Assembly: GCA_005223125.1 (NCBI GenBank)
Contig: NJBH01000037.1
Location: 1-35,669 of the forward strand
Reading direction: 5' to 3'
Length of the DNA: 35,669 bases
Origin: Promethearchaeota archaeon Loki_b32
GTDB taxonomy: Archaea > Asgardarchaeota > Lokiarchaeia > Sigyniarchaeales > SOKP01
This document shows, one piece after another, positions 18,938-30,075 of this stretch. The translations under genes were made by a program, and so were the position numbers. The notes under the pieces were generated by a model. That model worked only from the letters and a program-made list of their open reading frames with translations. It was not told the DNA's origin and searched no databases. Positions within the stretch are counted from its first letter, which is position 1. Every line of letters begins with the position of its first letter.

Positions 18938-19807
18938 ATGATTCAATATATTAACGTGCTAACGAGAGACGGTAAATCGCTTTTATTTAGAAATTATGGA
19001 AGTTCTGATGTAGATAGAGATTTATTAGCAGGATTTTTAAGCGCATTTTCTGGTTTTATGAAGGAGATTAGTCAAAGTGATATTAAGAGTACAGCAACAG
19101 AGGATTTTAAGTATTATTACACTATTATTGATACAATTATCATTGTAGTATGCACAGATTTAGAAGATGATGATGCTACGATTAATTCGAAAATTTTAAG
19201 CATTAGAACAAAATTCATTGAGAAATATGGGAAAATCCTTGAGGATGGTAGTTGGGGGGGAAATCGTAGTATTTTTACTGATTTCGAAAAAGAATTAGAT
19301 GATATTATTTTAGGGGCAATTAAAGTTTCTATTGTTGGATTTGGTGGTGTTGGAAAAACCACTTTAACAAAATTGATATGCGGAAAAGATGTAAATCTTG
19401 AATATGTTCCAACAATAACAGCCGATATTGCTGCTTATGACGGAGATGAATTTGAAAGGTCGATAACATTATGGGATTTTGCCGGGCAAGCTCAATTCAG
19501 ATCCTTATGGAAAAGTTTGCTCCAGGGAACTGATATTACATTACTTGTGGTTGATTCTACCTATGAAAATATTAACAATTCGAAGGAAATAATTCATGAG
19601 ATATTAGATAAATTTTTTCAAGATAAATTAGTAATTGGGATTGCTAATAAACAAGACTTACAAAATAGACTAACACCAGAATTTTGTGAAAAAATTTTAT
19701 CCAGTGAACAACGTGTTATTAAGACTCATGGGATGATCGCTATTGAACCTATGTATCGAGAAAAGATATTAGCAATTTTAAAAGAAGCTATAAAAGAAAT
19801 TTCTTAA
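18938..19807 (+). CDS. Longin domain-small GTPase (Arf/Rab-like) fusion
   Basis: N-terminal longin pattern (DGKSLLFRNY...LLAGFLSAFSGFMKEI); GFGGVGKT, YVPT, WDFAGQ, ANKQD. Confidence 0.85.
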   Translation: MIQYINVLTRDGKSLLFRNYGSSDVDRDLLAGFLSAFSGFMKEISQSDIKSTATEDFKYYYTIIDTIIIVVCTDLEDDDATINSKILSIRTKFIEKYGKILEDGSWGGNRSIFTDFEKELDDIILGAIKVSIVGFGGVGKTTLTKLICGKDVNLEYVPTITADIAAYDGDEFERSITLWDFAGQAQFRSLWKSLLQGTDITLLVVDSTYENINNSKEIIHEILDKFFQDKLVIGIANKQDLQNRLTPEFCEKILSSEQRVIKTHGMIAIEPMYREKILAILKEAIKEIS

Positions 19808-19848
19808 ATTTTCTATTTAAATAACAAATTGATTTAGATCTATTTAGG

Positions 19849-21606
19849 GTGAGCAATCTGTTTGATTTTGATATGGAAGATATTGGATTGGAAAAGTTAG
19901 AAGAAGATATACAAATTTTAAAATTACCTGAATTAACGGAAAATGAAAAAAATATTATTAATCCTATTGTAGCACCAACGTCAGGTTTACGAATTCAAAT
20001 CCTTGATGTTTCCATAAAGGATGATAAAGAGAAATACATATTAACTAAAAGAAAGTTCTATTTATTTCTTAGAGTGTTTAAAGCTATTAGCCAACAATTT
20101 AAAGAAAGGAAGAACAATCAAAATTTGAAAATTCTAATAGTTACTGATAATCGACCAACAAAAGAGGTTTTATTACAATATTGTTCTCAGATTTTTACAT
20201 ATGATGGATATGAAGTCTATTATCAACAGGATGAAGAGGGAAAATCAAGGATCTCTGCCCCCTATGGAGCAGCATCAGTCGCCTTATATGAAGATATTAA
20301 CCTTATCATTGTTTTAACAGCAAGCCACAATGATTTATCTTGGAATGGAATGAAAGTGTATTTTGATTACCCAATCCCTCTCTCTGGAGATTTATTTAAG
20401 AATATATCAAGGAAAGCTTTAGAACTCAAAGAAATTAGATTAAAACCAGCAAAACATATTACTATAGAAGCAGAAAAGAAAAATAATGATTATGTTGTTA
20501 ATCTATTATCAAAAACTCTTGAAATTAAGAGTATAAAGGGAAAAAATATAGTTATTTGGCCATATTTAGGGAAAGCTCGAGGTATTGTTAATTTATTTAA
20601 ACATTACGGGGCTAACGTTACACTCGTCGAGGAAGAACTGAATCCTCCTAATCCTATAAAGAATTTGCAGGAAATAAAATTACAAAAGATAATGAATCAA
20701 GCTAATTCAAATATTGCGCTTTTACTGGACGCTGATAGGGATAGGATTGTATTATATGTAAAACAGAATGGAGAATATTTCACATATATACCTAATGAGA
20801 TCTATAGCGCTATGCACAATATTTTAGCAAAAGAATATGGTAAAAAAGTTATTAATGTTAGAACAATTCCTAGCGATTTACGAGGAGATGATACAAGTTT
20901 TATTAACATCCTGACTGGAGTTGGTTATAAACATTTAGGTGTTATTATGTATTTTCTCCTTGGTATTGAAGTAGATCAATCTAAAATTGACACTGCTATT
21001 CTGTATGTTGAAGATGAGGATAAAAATTTAATAAAAATTAACAATGCTGCCCCTTTAAGACAACAAATAATTAAATTAATGAAAAAGCAGAATTTAGAGA
21101 AAGAATCATTCTTAATGGTATTTTGGGAAGAAAGTGGTGGACACACTCTAAATATTTTGGATGTTTCTAAAAATAGTGAGACAGATGAATACGATTTTAG
21201 TACTGATTTTGCAATTATTGCTGATAAGTACCCTGTTCCAGCATTAGTTTTAATAACAGAACTTATATGTAGGGGCTCAGTTATTTCTGAATCAATTGAT
21301 TGGACTATAAAAGGTATTAACCGCACAATTCCAGCTGTAGATGAAGAAAAGATCAAAATAATGAAGAATTTTGAGGTAAATGATGGAAAAAAGATTACTA
21401 TTAATGAAAAGAACTATGAAGTCCATGCTTTATCAGATAATAACGATATGATTGATATTTATCAAATTAAGAGTAAAGATTCAACACTTTATTTCCGGCC
21501 AAGTGGAACAGGACCAGATGTTAGATTTTATATTTTTGGTAATGTAAAGACTCATCTAGAAGAAATACATAAACTAATGGAATACATTAAGAATAAATTC
21601 AAATAG
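19849..21606 (+). CDS. Phosphoglucomutase/phosphomannomutase family protein (divergent)
   Basis: TSGLR, TASHN (phosphoserine), DADRDR (metal loop), EESGG, FRPSGT. Confidence 0.85.
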   Translation: MSNLFDFDMEDIGLEKLEEDIQILKLPELTENEKNIINPIVAPTSGLRIQILDVSIKDDKEKYILTKRKFYLFLRVFKAISQQFKERKNNQNLKILIVTDNRPTKEVLLQYCSQIFTYDGYEVYYQQDEEGKSRISAPYGAASVALYEDINLIIVLTASHNDLSWNGMKVYFDYPIPLSGDLFKNISRKALELKEIRLKPAKHITIEAEKKNNDYVVNLLSKTLEIKSIKGKNIVIWPYLGKARGIVNLFKHYGANVTLVEEELNPPNPIKNLQEIKLQKIMNQANSNIALLLDADRDRIVLYVKQNGEYFTYIPNEIYSAMHNILAKEYGKKVINVRTIPSDLRGDDTSFINILTGVGYKHLGVIMYFLLGIEVDQSKIDTAILYVEDEDKNLIKINNAAPLRQQIIKLMKKQNLEKESFLMVFWEESGGHTLNILDVSKNSETDEYDFSTDFAIIADKYPVPALVLITELICRGSVISESIDWTIKGINRTIPAVDEEKIKIMKNFEVNDGKKITINEKNYEVHALSDNNDMIDIYQIKSKDSTLYFRPSGTGPDVRFYIFGNVKTHLEEIHKLMEYIKNKFK

Positions 21607-21756
21607 ATTCTATTGGTACTATACACAGCTATCCTTTTCTTTTAGATTGTTATACTTTCACTGAAATAACCTATAAATGAACTTTTCATTGAATTAGTGT
21701 GTAAGATTTTGGATACAGCATTAAGTTTAAATAATATAAGAAAAATATCTTAATTG

Positions 21757-21778
21757 GACATGTAAACATATGACATAT
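21757..21778. promoter_or_regulatory. Candidate PadR operator 1
   Basis: GACATGT-N8-GACATAT (contains ATGT-N9-ACAT) just upstream of padR. Confidence 0.55.
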
Positions 21779-21802
21779 ATTATTGTTTAAAAATCATTAA
21801 AT

Positions 21803-22405
21803 TTGTTAAAAATGAGTATTGAGAAAAAAAAAGACGATACAAAATTTGTTGAATCTATTGAGCAATCAATGAAAAGTGGTTATATCAGTATGCTTATTTT
21901 ATTAGCTCTTGAAAAAGAACCCGCTAACGGTTATAAGCTAATGAAAATGATATCAGAGGATACTTTTGGTGAATGGCGACCAACTAATTCAACAATGTAT
22001 CCATATCTTTCTAATCTTACAAAAAGAGGATTAATTCAATATAGAACTAAGAAACAAGGTCAAAGAGAAAGCAAAGAATATTCCCTAACACCGAAAGGCA
22101 CAAAAATCTTAAAAAAGTTGGTAAATAAACAGCAAGAAATGAATTTGTCACTATTAAGTATGGTTTCAACTGTCATAGACATTGATAGTCTTCCTAATCA
22201 TCTGCTCGACTTTTTTAGTCAATCTTATCATGAGTATATTCTAATGGGTAAATCTAGTGAAGAAAAGATTGGAATTCTCAGCAGACGCGTTGAAATGCTT
22301 AATTTATTTTTAGATATTATAGGAAAGAATAAAGTTGAAATGGAAAATGAATTAGAAATTCTCAAGAGTAATGAAATGAAGAAAAGTTCATTTTATAATC
22401 ATTAA
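21803..22405 (+). CDS. PadR-family transcriptional regulator
   Basis: LILLALEKEPANGYKLM...STMYPYLSNLTKRGLI...KEYSLTPKG. Confidence 0.9.
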   Translation: MLKMSIEKKKDDTKFVESIEQSMKSGYISMLILLALEKEPANGYKLMKMISEDTFGEWRPTNSTMYPYLSNLTKRGLIQYRTKKQGQRESKEYSLTPKGTKILKKLVNKQQEMNLSLLSMVSTVIDIDSLPNHLLDFFSQSYHEYILMGKSSEEKIGILSRRVEMLNLFLDIIGKNKVEMENELEILKSNEMKKSSFYNH

Positions 22406-22447
22406 TGTTAATTATTTCTATTTGAAATGAATTTTATTTCTAATTCC

Positions 22448-22469
22448 GACATGTCGAAATTCGACATAT
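22448..22469. promoter_or_regulatory. Candidate PadR operator 2
   Basis: GACATGT-N8-GACATAT, including the perfect inverted repeat ATGTCGAA-A-TTCGACAT, upstream of the ABC operon. Confidence 0.6.
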
Positions 22470-22650
22470 TTAAATATTGTAATGAATAAATTATATTATC
22501 AGTTATTTTGATTTAAAGTATAGCATTATATTTTAAAAAATATGTAAATAGAATGTATTTGATAACAATTTTATAAAAATAGGAGATGAGGATTATTTCC
22601 TCATACTCTTAAATAAAACTTTTTAAAAAAAAAAAAGAGTAAATGAGAAC

Positions 22651-25600
22651 ATGGGTATAATACTAAAGATCGCGCTACGTAATATGAAAAGACGTAAAGT
22701 TCGTTATATTCTAACAACAATTACACTTGTTATTAGTGTTGCGCTGTTTGGAGGAGTAATGATCGTCTCCGACTCATTCAATGTAATGATGTTAGATACC
22801 ATTGATGAACAAATGGGTACGGCAGACATTCTCATTAGATCTGCCAATAGTACTGATGGTTGGTTTGACCCTAATGAAATAAACAGTGAAATCGAAGATG
22901 TAAAACACGTTGTATCAATAGCTTATAGAATTTCTGGCTTTAGCGTTTTTATTAGCGCAACTGATAGCGGAGACTTAGATGATAATAGTACTATAACTGG
23001 GATAAATGGTATTGATCATCTAAACCCAGATGAACGAAAATTAGGTGCGGATCCATTTATACTAGATTCAGTTAGTGATGGAGAATCGATTGAAGAACTT
23101 CTTGAATATGTTGACCCAATTAACAATGATAGCGTTTTGGTTATTTCAGAATCATTAAAAATCCAATTAGGGAAAGATTTTGAAGCAGGTGATAGTGTTT
23201 GGATTTTTCCTGTCAATGGATCATCTCTTGGACATAATCCGTTAAATACAGGAACATGGCTTGAATATACTGTTGTTGCAATTATACGGGATATTGGTGA
23301 AGCTCGTGATTTCGATCCAGAAAATCCATCAGATTCCTCAATGTTTTCACAAGGGCCGGGAATATTTGCAAATATTAATAATACACATGAACTTGTAGAT
23401 GGCACAGAAAATCATACTGGTGAGTTTAATCTGGGTGTTGTCGGTGTTGATGATATATACAGTGTTTCTTATGTTGCTGAAAAAATTGAAAATAATTTAG
23501 AAGCTCTTAATGATGGAAGAGATTGGAAGGTTAATGACTTAAAATCAGACAATTTAGAGATGATAGAAACCACAATGAGTACGATGCGGACTATGTTTTT
23601 GATGTTTGGAATTATTGCATTAGTACTTTCAATTATATTGATGATGAATATCTTTAACATTATTAAAAAAGAACAAGAGTACGAAACAGGCATGTTCCAA
23701 GCAATAGGAGCATCTAAATCTGAAACTTTTAAGATGTTCTTAACCCAAGGGATAGTAATGGGGGTAATTGGAGCGTCAATAGGGACGGTATTTTCCTACT
23801 TTATATCTTATGTAATCTTTTCAGTAACCTTACAGGCTATTCAAAATATTGCAGCTCAAATGGGAGGATTTTCAATTTCAGATTTTACAATTGTTTTATA
23901 TCCAGCAACTCTAATAGTTACATTTGTAATAGGGCTAATTTCTTGTATTATCGCTTCGCTTTACCCTAGCTGGAAAGCAAGTCGTAAACCAATTATTGAA
24001 TGTTTAAATCCTATTGAAGAAAAGTCTAAAAGGGAGAAAAAACATTATTGGAGAAGACTTATTTTCTTTCTTTTAGGAGGATTACTTATTTTCTCTGGGT
24101 TATGGCTCATGTATTCCGCTTCTGGAACTACAGCCGAAATCCAGACAACTCCTGGACCACCTCAAGGAATGATTTTGTCAATGTTTGCCCCAATATTAAT
24201 CATGTTTGGGATCATTTGGTTATTAGCACTTAGCATTAAACCACTTAATAAAGCTTTTGTAATATTGTTTATCCCCTATCTTCGAAAAACAAAATTATTA
24301 ACTGAAAAGAATATCTTAAGGCATCGAAAAAGGACGACCCTTACCTTCACTATGATCGCAATAACAACAAGTTTTCTTATTGGGATGAGTGTAATGATGG
24401 ATTCTATGAGAGCAGGGATATATACTACTGTTAATGACTTTATGGGCGCAGATATTCGAGTATTTACTTTTGGTACACCTAGATCTTTCGAAGATGGACT
24501 TATTAACCAATCAGGAGTAGAGGATGTAATGGGAGCAAGTCATCAAAATGCACAAATCCAAATAGATAGTGATTGGGTTGGGCATAGTTCACTTGATAGC
24601 GAATGGAATGAATCTATAATCATGAATGTATTAGATACCGCAAAAGTTAAAGAACATATGACTAAAACCGTAATAATCTCCCCTTCAACAATGACCCTTA
24701 GTGAAATGATGGATGAAATCGAAATTGGAAACAATATTATAATTGATGAAGATTTTGCTGATGATTATGATGTTAAAGTTGGTGAAAATATTTCCGTCAA
24801 ATTCTCTCTAGGTACAACTTATGCAAATCTCACGGCATTACGTTATAGGGATGATAATAATGCGCATGAAGATACAATTGTAGTAACCATGAATGTTATA
24901 GCAGTTATAAGAAGTATTCAAGGATTTTCAACTGTAGATCTCATGGGATTTCCAAGCGAAGGAAAAACTTATAACATGTTTATCTCTTGGGAGATTTACG
25001 AAGAAATTGCAGATAAGAATCTACCTGGTGGAGGAACTGATATGGTTTTCAGGCAACTAACTCAAACTGGTAATCCTATGTTAGACATAGTTCAATCAAA
25101 TTGGTTTAATTTTTCTAGTATTGAGACTGTTCTTAATAGTATTAGCGGAATTGAATATTATACTACTAGAATGGACTATTATACACCTACATCTTTTAAC
25201 GGTTCAGTAATAGACTACCTAAGTTCAGTTACAGGTATACATATAAATTCAAGCGGAAAACTAAAATCCGATTCGTTTTTTGGAAATAATAGTCTCATAA
25301 GTCAAAAGGACGGATATGATGGAGATACCATGGAAGAACTTCTAAATACATTGCAAAATGTATGTGTAGTTGATGAAACATTCATAAAACTTAATCCTTC
25401 AATAGGAATTGGTGATAACATAACAATTTTTCCACAACAATTCATATTAAGTACTATAAATGCCGGAAATTTTCCCTATATTTCAACAGCTATTCCTTAT
25501 AACAATAATTATACGTCAGTATCAGGTAGTACCGCAAATTTAACTCTCTCTGATGATGTGTATTTATCATTTGTGAGTAATCAATCGTGGCTTACATTTA

Positions 25601-26814
25601 ATATTACGACAAGTCTACAAACACTTCATTTTTATAAGGTTATTAACGTTACAATTGAAACTTCAGTAAATTCTTCCGTTGATAAGCTTGAATTGGAAGC
25701 ACTTAACATTTATACTAATACATTTGAAAAACTGGGTTCTATTAATAATCGTACAGAAGCTAATAACACTTTTGCGTTTGATTTGAATCATTATTATATC
25801 GATTCGATGAATAATATTAAATTAAGAATAGTAGGTCATAATTCCACATATAATAATAACTATAATTTAACTATTGATAGTCTAAAATTTGGAGTAGCTA
25901 GATCAGTTTATTCAAAAGACCCCACAACATGGCCAAAATTTGAAATCATTGGAATAATAGAAGCCCCTACTTTGTATAATACCGAAAAATACGATTGGTA
26001 TGCTGGTTTTGAAACAAGTTTTGATATTAGCGGAAACTCGGTATATATAAGTTATGAAAATGCGAGAAATATTATCTATTCTGATTATAGAGGTTCTAAC
26101 TATTCTAATGATATGGTAACTTCAGTCTTGGTTCACAGTGATCAACCAGAAAACATTGTCACTCATAAAAACTTACTATTACAAAATCTATATTTTATAC
26201 CGGATGTATACTGGTCAATAATAGATCTCAAAACTTTCACTCTTGAAATTAGAACTAATGTTTATGACTGGTTTGCTTGGGTGGAAAAGGGAGTGCATGA
26301 CGAGGATGTGCTAGAAGAAATAATCGACTATATAGAAGATAGAGGTTATCTTATTATATTTGCTTTTACAAGATCTTTTATGAGTTCTATATTCAGAACT
26401 ATGATTAATTTAATTACTTTCATAACAAATGGATTACTTATCTTTTCTATAATAATAGCAATGATTGGGCTGACTCTTCATAGCCTCCTTACTACTATGG
26501 CACGTAGAAGAGAAATAGGGATGCTTAGGTCAATAGGATTAGACAAAAAGGGAGTAATACGATCAATATCTGGGGAAACATTAATCTTAGCTCTTTTAGG
26601 TGTCTTTACGGGTATATTCGCAGGTTTAGTTCAAGGCTCTTTAATGGTGGATACAATGCCCTCAGGTGGATTCCTCACGGTTACTTGGACGATTCCATGG
26701 TTAACTATTGGAATTTTGGTATCAACTGTTTTAATCACTGTAATTCTGAGCTCACGATATCCTGCAAAATGGGCAGCAAACTTGAATATTATAGATGCGG
26801 TGAGAACGAGATAA
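22651..26814 (+). CDS. MacB/FtsX-family ABC exporter permease (two FtsX units, large extracellular domains)
   Basis: IALRNMKRRKVR, ETGMFQAIGASK, YPSWKASR, RRREIGMLRSIG, YPAKWAANLNIIDAVR. Confidence 0.9.
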   Translation: MGIILKIALRNMKRRKVRYILTTITLVISVALFGGVMIVSDSFNVMMLDTIDEQMGTADILIRSANSTDGWFDPNEINSEIEDVKHVVSIAYRISGFSVFISATDSGDLDDNSTITGINGIDHLNPDERKLGADPFILDSVSDGESIEELLEYVDPINNDSVLVISESLKIQLGKDFEAGDSVWIFPVNGSSLGHNPLNTGTWLEYTVVAIIRDIGEARDFDPENPSDSSMFSQGPGIFANINNTHELVDGTENHTGEFNLGVVGVDDIYSVSYVAEKIENNLEALNDGRDWKVNDLKSDNLEMIETTMSTMRTMFLMFGIIALVLSIILMMNIFNIIKKEQEYETGMFQAIGASKSETFKMFLTQGIVMGVIGASIGTVFSYFISYVIFSVTLQAIQNIAAQMGGFSISDFTIVLYPATLIVTFVIGLISCIIASLYPSWKASRKPIIECLNPIEEKSKREKKHYWRRLIFFLLGGLLIFSGLWLMYSASGTTAEIQTTPGPPQGMILSMFAPILIMFGIIWLLALSIKPLNKAFVILFIPYLRKTKLLTEKNILRHRKRTTLTFTMIAITTSFLIGMSVMMDSMRAGIYTTVNDFMGADIRVFTFGTPRSFEDGLINQSGVEDVMGASHQNAQIQIDSDWVGHSSLDSEWNESIIMNVLDTAKVKEHMTKTVIISPSTMTLSEMMDEIEIGNNIIIDEDFADDYDVKVGENISVKFSLGTTYANLTALRYRDDNNAHEDTIVVTMNVIAVIRSIQGFSTVDLMGFPSEGKTYNMFISWEIYEEIADKNLPGGGTDMVFRQLTQTGNPMLDIVQSNWFNFSSIETVLNSISGIEYYTTRMDYYTPTSFNGSVIDYLSSVTGIHINSSGKLKSDSFFGNNSLISQKDGYDGDTMEELLNTLQNVCVVDETFIKLNPSIGIGDNITIFPQQFILSTINAGNFPYISTAIPYNNNYTSVSGSTANLTLSDDVYLSFVSNQSWLTFNITTSLQTLHFYKVINVTIETSVNSSVDKLELEALNIYTNTFEKLGSINNRTEANNTFAFDLNHYYIDSMNNIKLRIVGHNSTYNNNYNLTIDSLKFGVARSVYSKDPTTWPKFEIIGIIEAPTLYNTEKYDWYAGFETSFDISGNSVYISYENARNIIYSDYRGSNYSNDMVTSVLVHSDQPENIVTHKNLLLQNLYFIPDVYWSIIDLKTFTLEIRTNVYDWFAWVEKGVHDEDVLEEIIDYIEDRGYLIIFAFTRSFMSSIFRTMINLITFITNGLLIFSIIIAMIGLTLHSLLTTMARRREIGMLRSIGLDKKGVIRSISGETLILALLGVFTGIFAGLVQGSLMVDTMPSGGFLTVTWTIPWLTIGILVSTVLITVILSSRYPAKWAANLNIIDAVRTR

Positions 26815-26850
26815 TTTTTTTGAATAACATAAACAAAAAAGGTGTAAAAA

Positions 26851-27654
26851 ATGTCAATTGAAAAGAAAAAAGTGAGGATGAATAAACAACGAAGAGCAAC
26901 GACAAAAGCGGTTAGAATAGATCCTAATATAGTGCTTACTGTACAAGATCTCACCAAAACTTACACAGTGGGTAATTCTACAATCACGGCTCTAAGTAAG
27001 GTCAATCTTACAATCAGAAAAGGCGAATTCATTGCTATTGTAGGTCCATCTGGTTCAGGAAAAACAACATTAATAAATTGTTTAGGCGCTCTTGATTTTC
27101 CAGATTCAGGCAAAATTATATATAATGTCGATGGCAAAGGAATGGGCCTTGATCTAGCTGTAATGACCAATAAACAACAAAAAAAAATCCGATTGCGTAA
27201 GATAGGATTAATTTTTCAATTCTACAATCTTTTCCCAATTCTCACTGCATATGAGAATGTTGAGTTACCAATGATTATCGATAAAAAGGGTCCTAAAGAT
27301 AGAGAAGAAAAAGTTAAATTCCTTTTAAAAAGGATTGGACTCGGAGAACGAATGCATCATCTTCCATCCCAACTATCTGGTGGAGAGCAACAAAGAGTTA
27401 CAATATCGAGAGCTTTAGTGAACGACCCGCTTATAATTCTTGCTGATGAACCCACAGGAGAACTCGATACGGAGACAACAACGAATATAATCAAAATTTT
27501 TCTCGATCTTAAAAATGCTGGAGAATCAATTTTAATGGTTACCCATAATAAAAGAATTGCAAAAACTGCAGATAGGGTTATTATTTTAACTGATGGAGTA
27601 TTTACTCATGAAAGTAAAGGTGGAAAACCTATTGAGGATATTTACAAGCAATAA
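26851..27654 (+). CDS. ABC transporter ATP-binding protein (LolD/MacB-like)
   Basis: [30 protein letters not shown]. Confidence 0.93.
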   Translation: MSIEKKKVRMNKQRRATTKAVRIDPNIVLTVQDLTKTYTVGNSTITALSKVNLTIRKGEFIAIVGPSGSGKTTLINCLGALDFPDSGKIIYNVDGKGMGLDLAVMTNKQQKKIRLRKIGLIFQFYNLFPILTAYENVELPMIIDKKGPKDREEKVKFLLKRIGLGERMHHLPSQLSGGEQQRVTISRALVNDPLIILADEPTGELDTETTTNIIKIFLDLKNAGESILMVTHNKRIAKTADRVIILTDGVFTHESKGGKPIEDIYKQ

Positions 27655-27669
27655 ACTAGAGGAAAAAAA

Positions 27670-28434
27670 ATGAGAAAAGAGAAAAAGGAAAAAAAACAAG
27701 AAATGGCTTCTCAAGAAACAATTGACTATGAATTGGACCCTAACGCAATAATTCAAACGTTTGATTTAGCTAAAATTTACAATATTACTGAAGGAGTTGA
27801 AATTAGAGCTTTAAACGGAATTAATATTGAGATTAAGAAAGGTGAATTCGTTTCTGTTATGGGTCCTTCTGGTTCTGGAAAGACAACACTTCTTAACATG
27901 ATTGGCGCTCTGGATAATCCTACAACTGGTGCAGTGTATATTAGAGGTACAAATATAGCTTATATGGACGATGCTCAACGTACTAATTTAAGACTTAATG
28001 AAATTGGATTCATTTTTCAGTTTTATAATCTAGTTCCTGTTCTTTCTGCATATGAAAATGTTGAACTGCCAATGATATTTGCTGGTAGATCTAAAGAAGA
28101 ACGAAACCGAAACGTTAAAAAATTTCTTGATATCGTGGGTCTGAGTGAAAAATCAGATCACCTCCCTTCAGAACTTTCAGGTGGAGAACAACAGAGGATT
28201 GCAATTGCTCGAGCATTATGTAATGAACCTTCTATCTTAATTGCTGATGAGCCAACAGGTGAACTTGATACCGTCAAGGGTATGGAGATAATTAGACTAT
28301 TACGAGAATTAAATTTAGAGCTCAATCAAACAATTTTAATGGTAACGCACGATCCGGCAGTGGGCACTCTCGCAGAAAGGATGTTAAAAATGCGAGATGG
28401 CAAAATCATAGAAACTATAACTACTAACAATTAA
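27670..28434 (+). CDS. ABC transporter ATP-binding protein (LolD/MacB-like), second paralog
   Basis: [30 protein letters not shown]. Confidence 0.93.
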   Translation: MRKEKKEKKQEMASQETIDYELDPNAIIQTFDLAKIYNITEGVEIRALNGINIEIKKGEFVSVMGPSGSGKTTLLNMIGALDNPTTGAVYIRGTNIAYMDDAQRTNLRLNEIGFIFQFYNLVPVLSAYENVELPMIFAGRSKEERNRNVKKFLDIVGLSEKSDHLPSELSGGEQQRIAIARALCNEPSILIADEPTGELDTVKGMEIIRLLRELNLELNQTILMVTHDPAVGTLAERMLKMRDGKIIETITTNN

Positions 28435-28744
28435 GTACATTTTCTGCAACTAATAAATTATAAAAGTTCTGCTCATCTAAATGAAATAAAAAGAGTTCAA
28501 GACTATGTGAATGAGAACTATATTTAGGTAATAATATCCTTTCTAATTAGGAGAAAATTTTAATTCTTTTTCAATCTCAACCGATCTTTAAAATTAATAT
28601 TGAATTTAGGATCTCCTAACTGAATCATATTGAATATATTAATTTTGGTTTTCTATATCAAAGATTTAATTGAGATAAAAAATTTAGACTAATTAATAAA
28701 AATTCTTTCAAATTTTAGTAAATATTATTAGGATTGACGAAAAA

Positions 28745-30004
28745 ATGTTTCAAGAGAAAATTATTGATGATCAAATTCTTGAAAAGATGTCATTGGAAAA
28801 TGTCTTCAAAATCTTTAATGATAATGTTTTTCCAATGCTTAATGAACAAGAACGAGAGTATTGTCAGGAACTACAAGAGTTTTGCTTAGATCTACACCCT
28901 AAAATCGATAAATCAAAAGATGTATATGGTTTACTTCCCGAACTTGGAAAACGTGGATATATCCAACGAGTGAATCCATGGAAAGACTTCAAACCATTTG
29001 GAATGAAAAGAGAAATATTATTAGGCACTCACATCTCGTTGTTAGACCCTCAATTAGAACTAGCACGATTGGCAAGCGGGATATTATGTGGAAATCCTAC
29101 TTTTCATTACTATGAACATGGAGGTGGATCTGATATACCCTTAAAAGTGCAAGATGAGCTTTTATCGGGGCAAAAAATTGGTTGCATTGGTATTACAGAA
29201 CCTGAAAGAGGTTCAGATGCTGTAAATATGACAACTAAATGTACAAAAACAGAAGATGGTGTAATATTTAATGGAGAGAAAGTTTATACAACTAATGGTG
29301 CTGTAGCGGATTATTTTGCCTGTTATGGGGTTTACGATGAAGAAAATCCAAGAGATACTATGGTACAAGCTATTATTGCCCGCGAATTTGGTGTAAAAAC
29401 GGAACGTTTAAAAATTAATTCTGTTCCAAGAGTTCAAATTTGCCATACTATTCTTGATAATGTCTTAGTGCCTCACGATTATATACTTGCAGATGATGGA
29501 CTTGGATATAAAAGACTTTTTGAAGGTTTAGTTCCTGAAAGACTTTCAATAATGGGAAGTGGAGTCGGAATTTGCTGGGCAGGATTAATTTATGGCATTA
29601 TTTATACGAATTTAAGGAAACAATTTGGTAAACCCGTAATCAGATATCAAGGAGTTGGTTACGGATTGGCAGATTTATTAACAAAATGTAATGCTGCCAC
29701 TGCTTTAGCCTTACAGGCCGCGACTGTATATGATGAGAAAATTTTATTTTCAGAAAAACCATCTAAAGAGGCAGAAAAATGGGTTGCTTCAATTTCTTCG
29801 CAAGGGAAGTATTATTTGGCTAAGCTTACCCATGAAGTATGTTATGAAACCCAACAACATATGGGTGGCGTAGCGGTTACAGATAATACTCCTGTTGATG
29901 AGTTGTGTGATGTCAGTAAAATTGAAGAAGTTATAGGTGGGTCAAGAAATATCCAACTTCTTTTAATACAGTCTCAAATTCAGAGATATACTGGATTATT
30001 ATAA
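28745..30004 (+). CDS. Acyl-CoA dehydrogenase
   Basis: ITEPERGSD, NGEKVYTTNG, RKQFGKPV, QHMGG, IGGSRNIQ. Confidence 0.9.
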   Translation: MFQEKIIDDQILEKMSLENVFKIFNDNVFPMLNEQEREYCQELQEFCLDLHPKIDKSKDVYGLLPELGKRGYIQRVNPWKDFKPFGMKREILLGTHISLLDPQLELARLASGILCGNPTFHYYEHGGGSDIPLKVQDELLSGQKIGCIGITEPERGSDAVNMTTKCTKTEDGVIFNGEKVYTTNGAVADYFACYGVYDEENPRDTMVQAIIAREFGVKTERLKINSVPRVQICHTILDNVLVPHDYILADDGLGYKRLFEGLVPERLSIMGSGVGICWAGLIYGIIYTNLRKQFGKPVIRYQGVGYGLADLLTKCNAATALALQAATVYDEKILFSEKPSKEAEKWVASISSQGKYYLAKLTHEVCYETQQHMGGVAVTDNTPVDELCDVSKIEEVIGGSRNIQLLLIQSQIQRYTGLL

Positions 30005-30075
30005 TCCATTTTTTTTTATTTTATCTTCATTTATCTAGCTTTCTTCTTCTCAAGTTTGATAACATAATATTAAAT

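Noticed and set aside
28464-28520. Imperfect inverted repeat downstream of the ABC ATPases
   Set aside because: Interrupted and long-looped; too weak to call a terminator or element.
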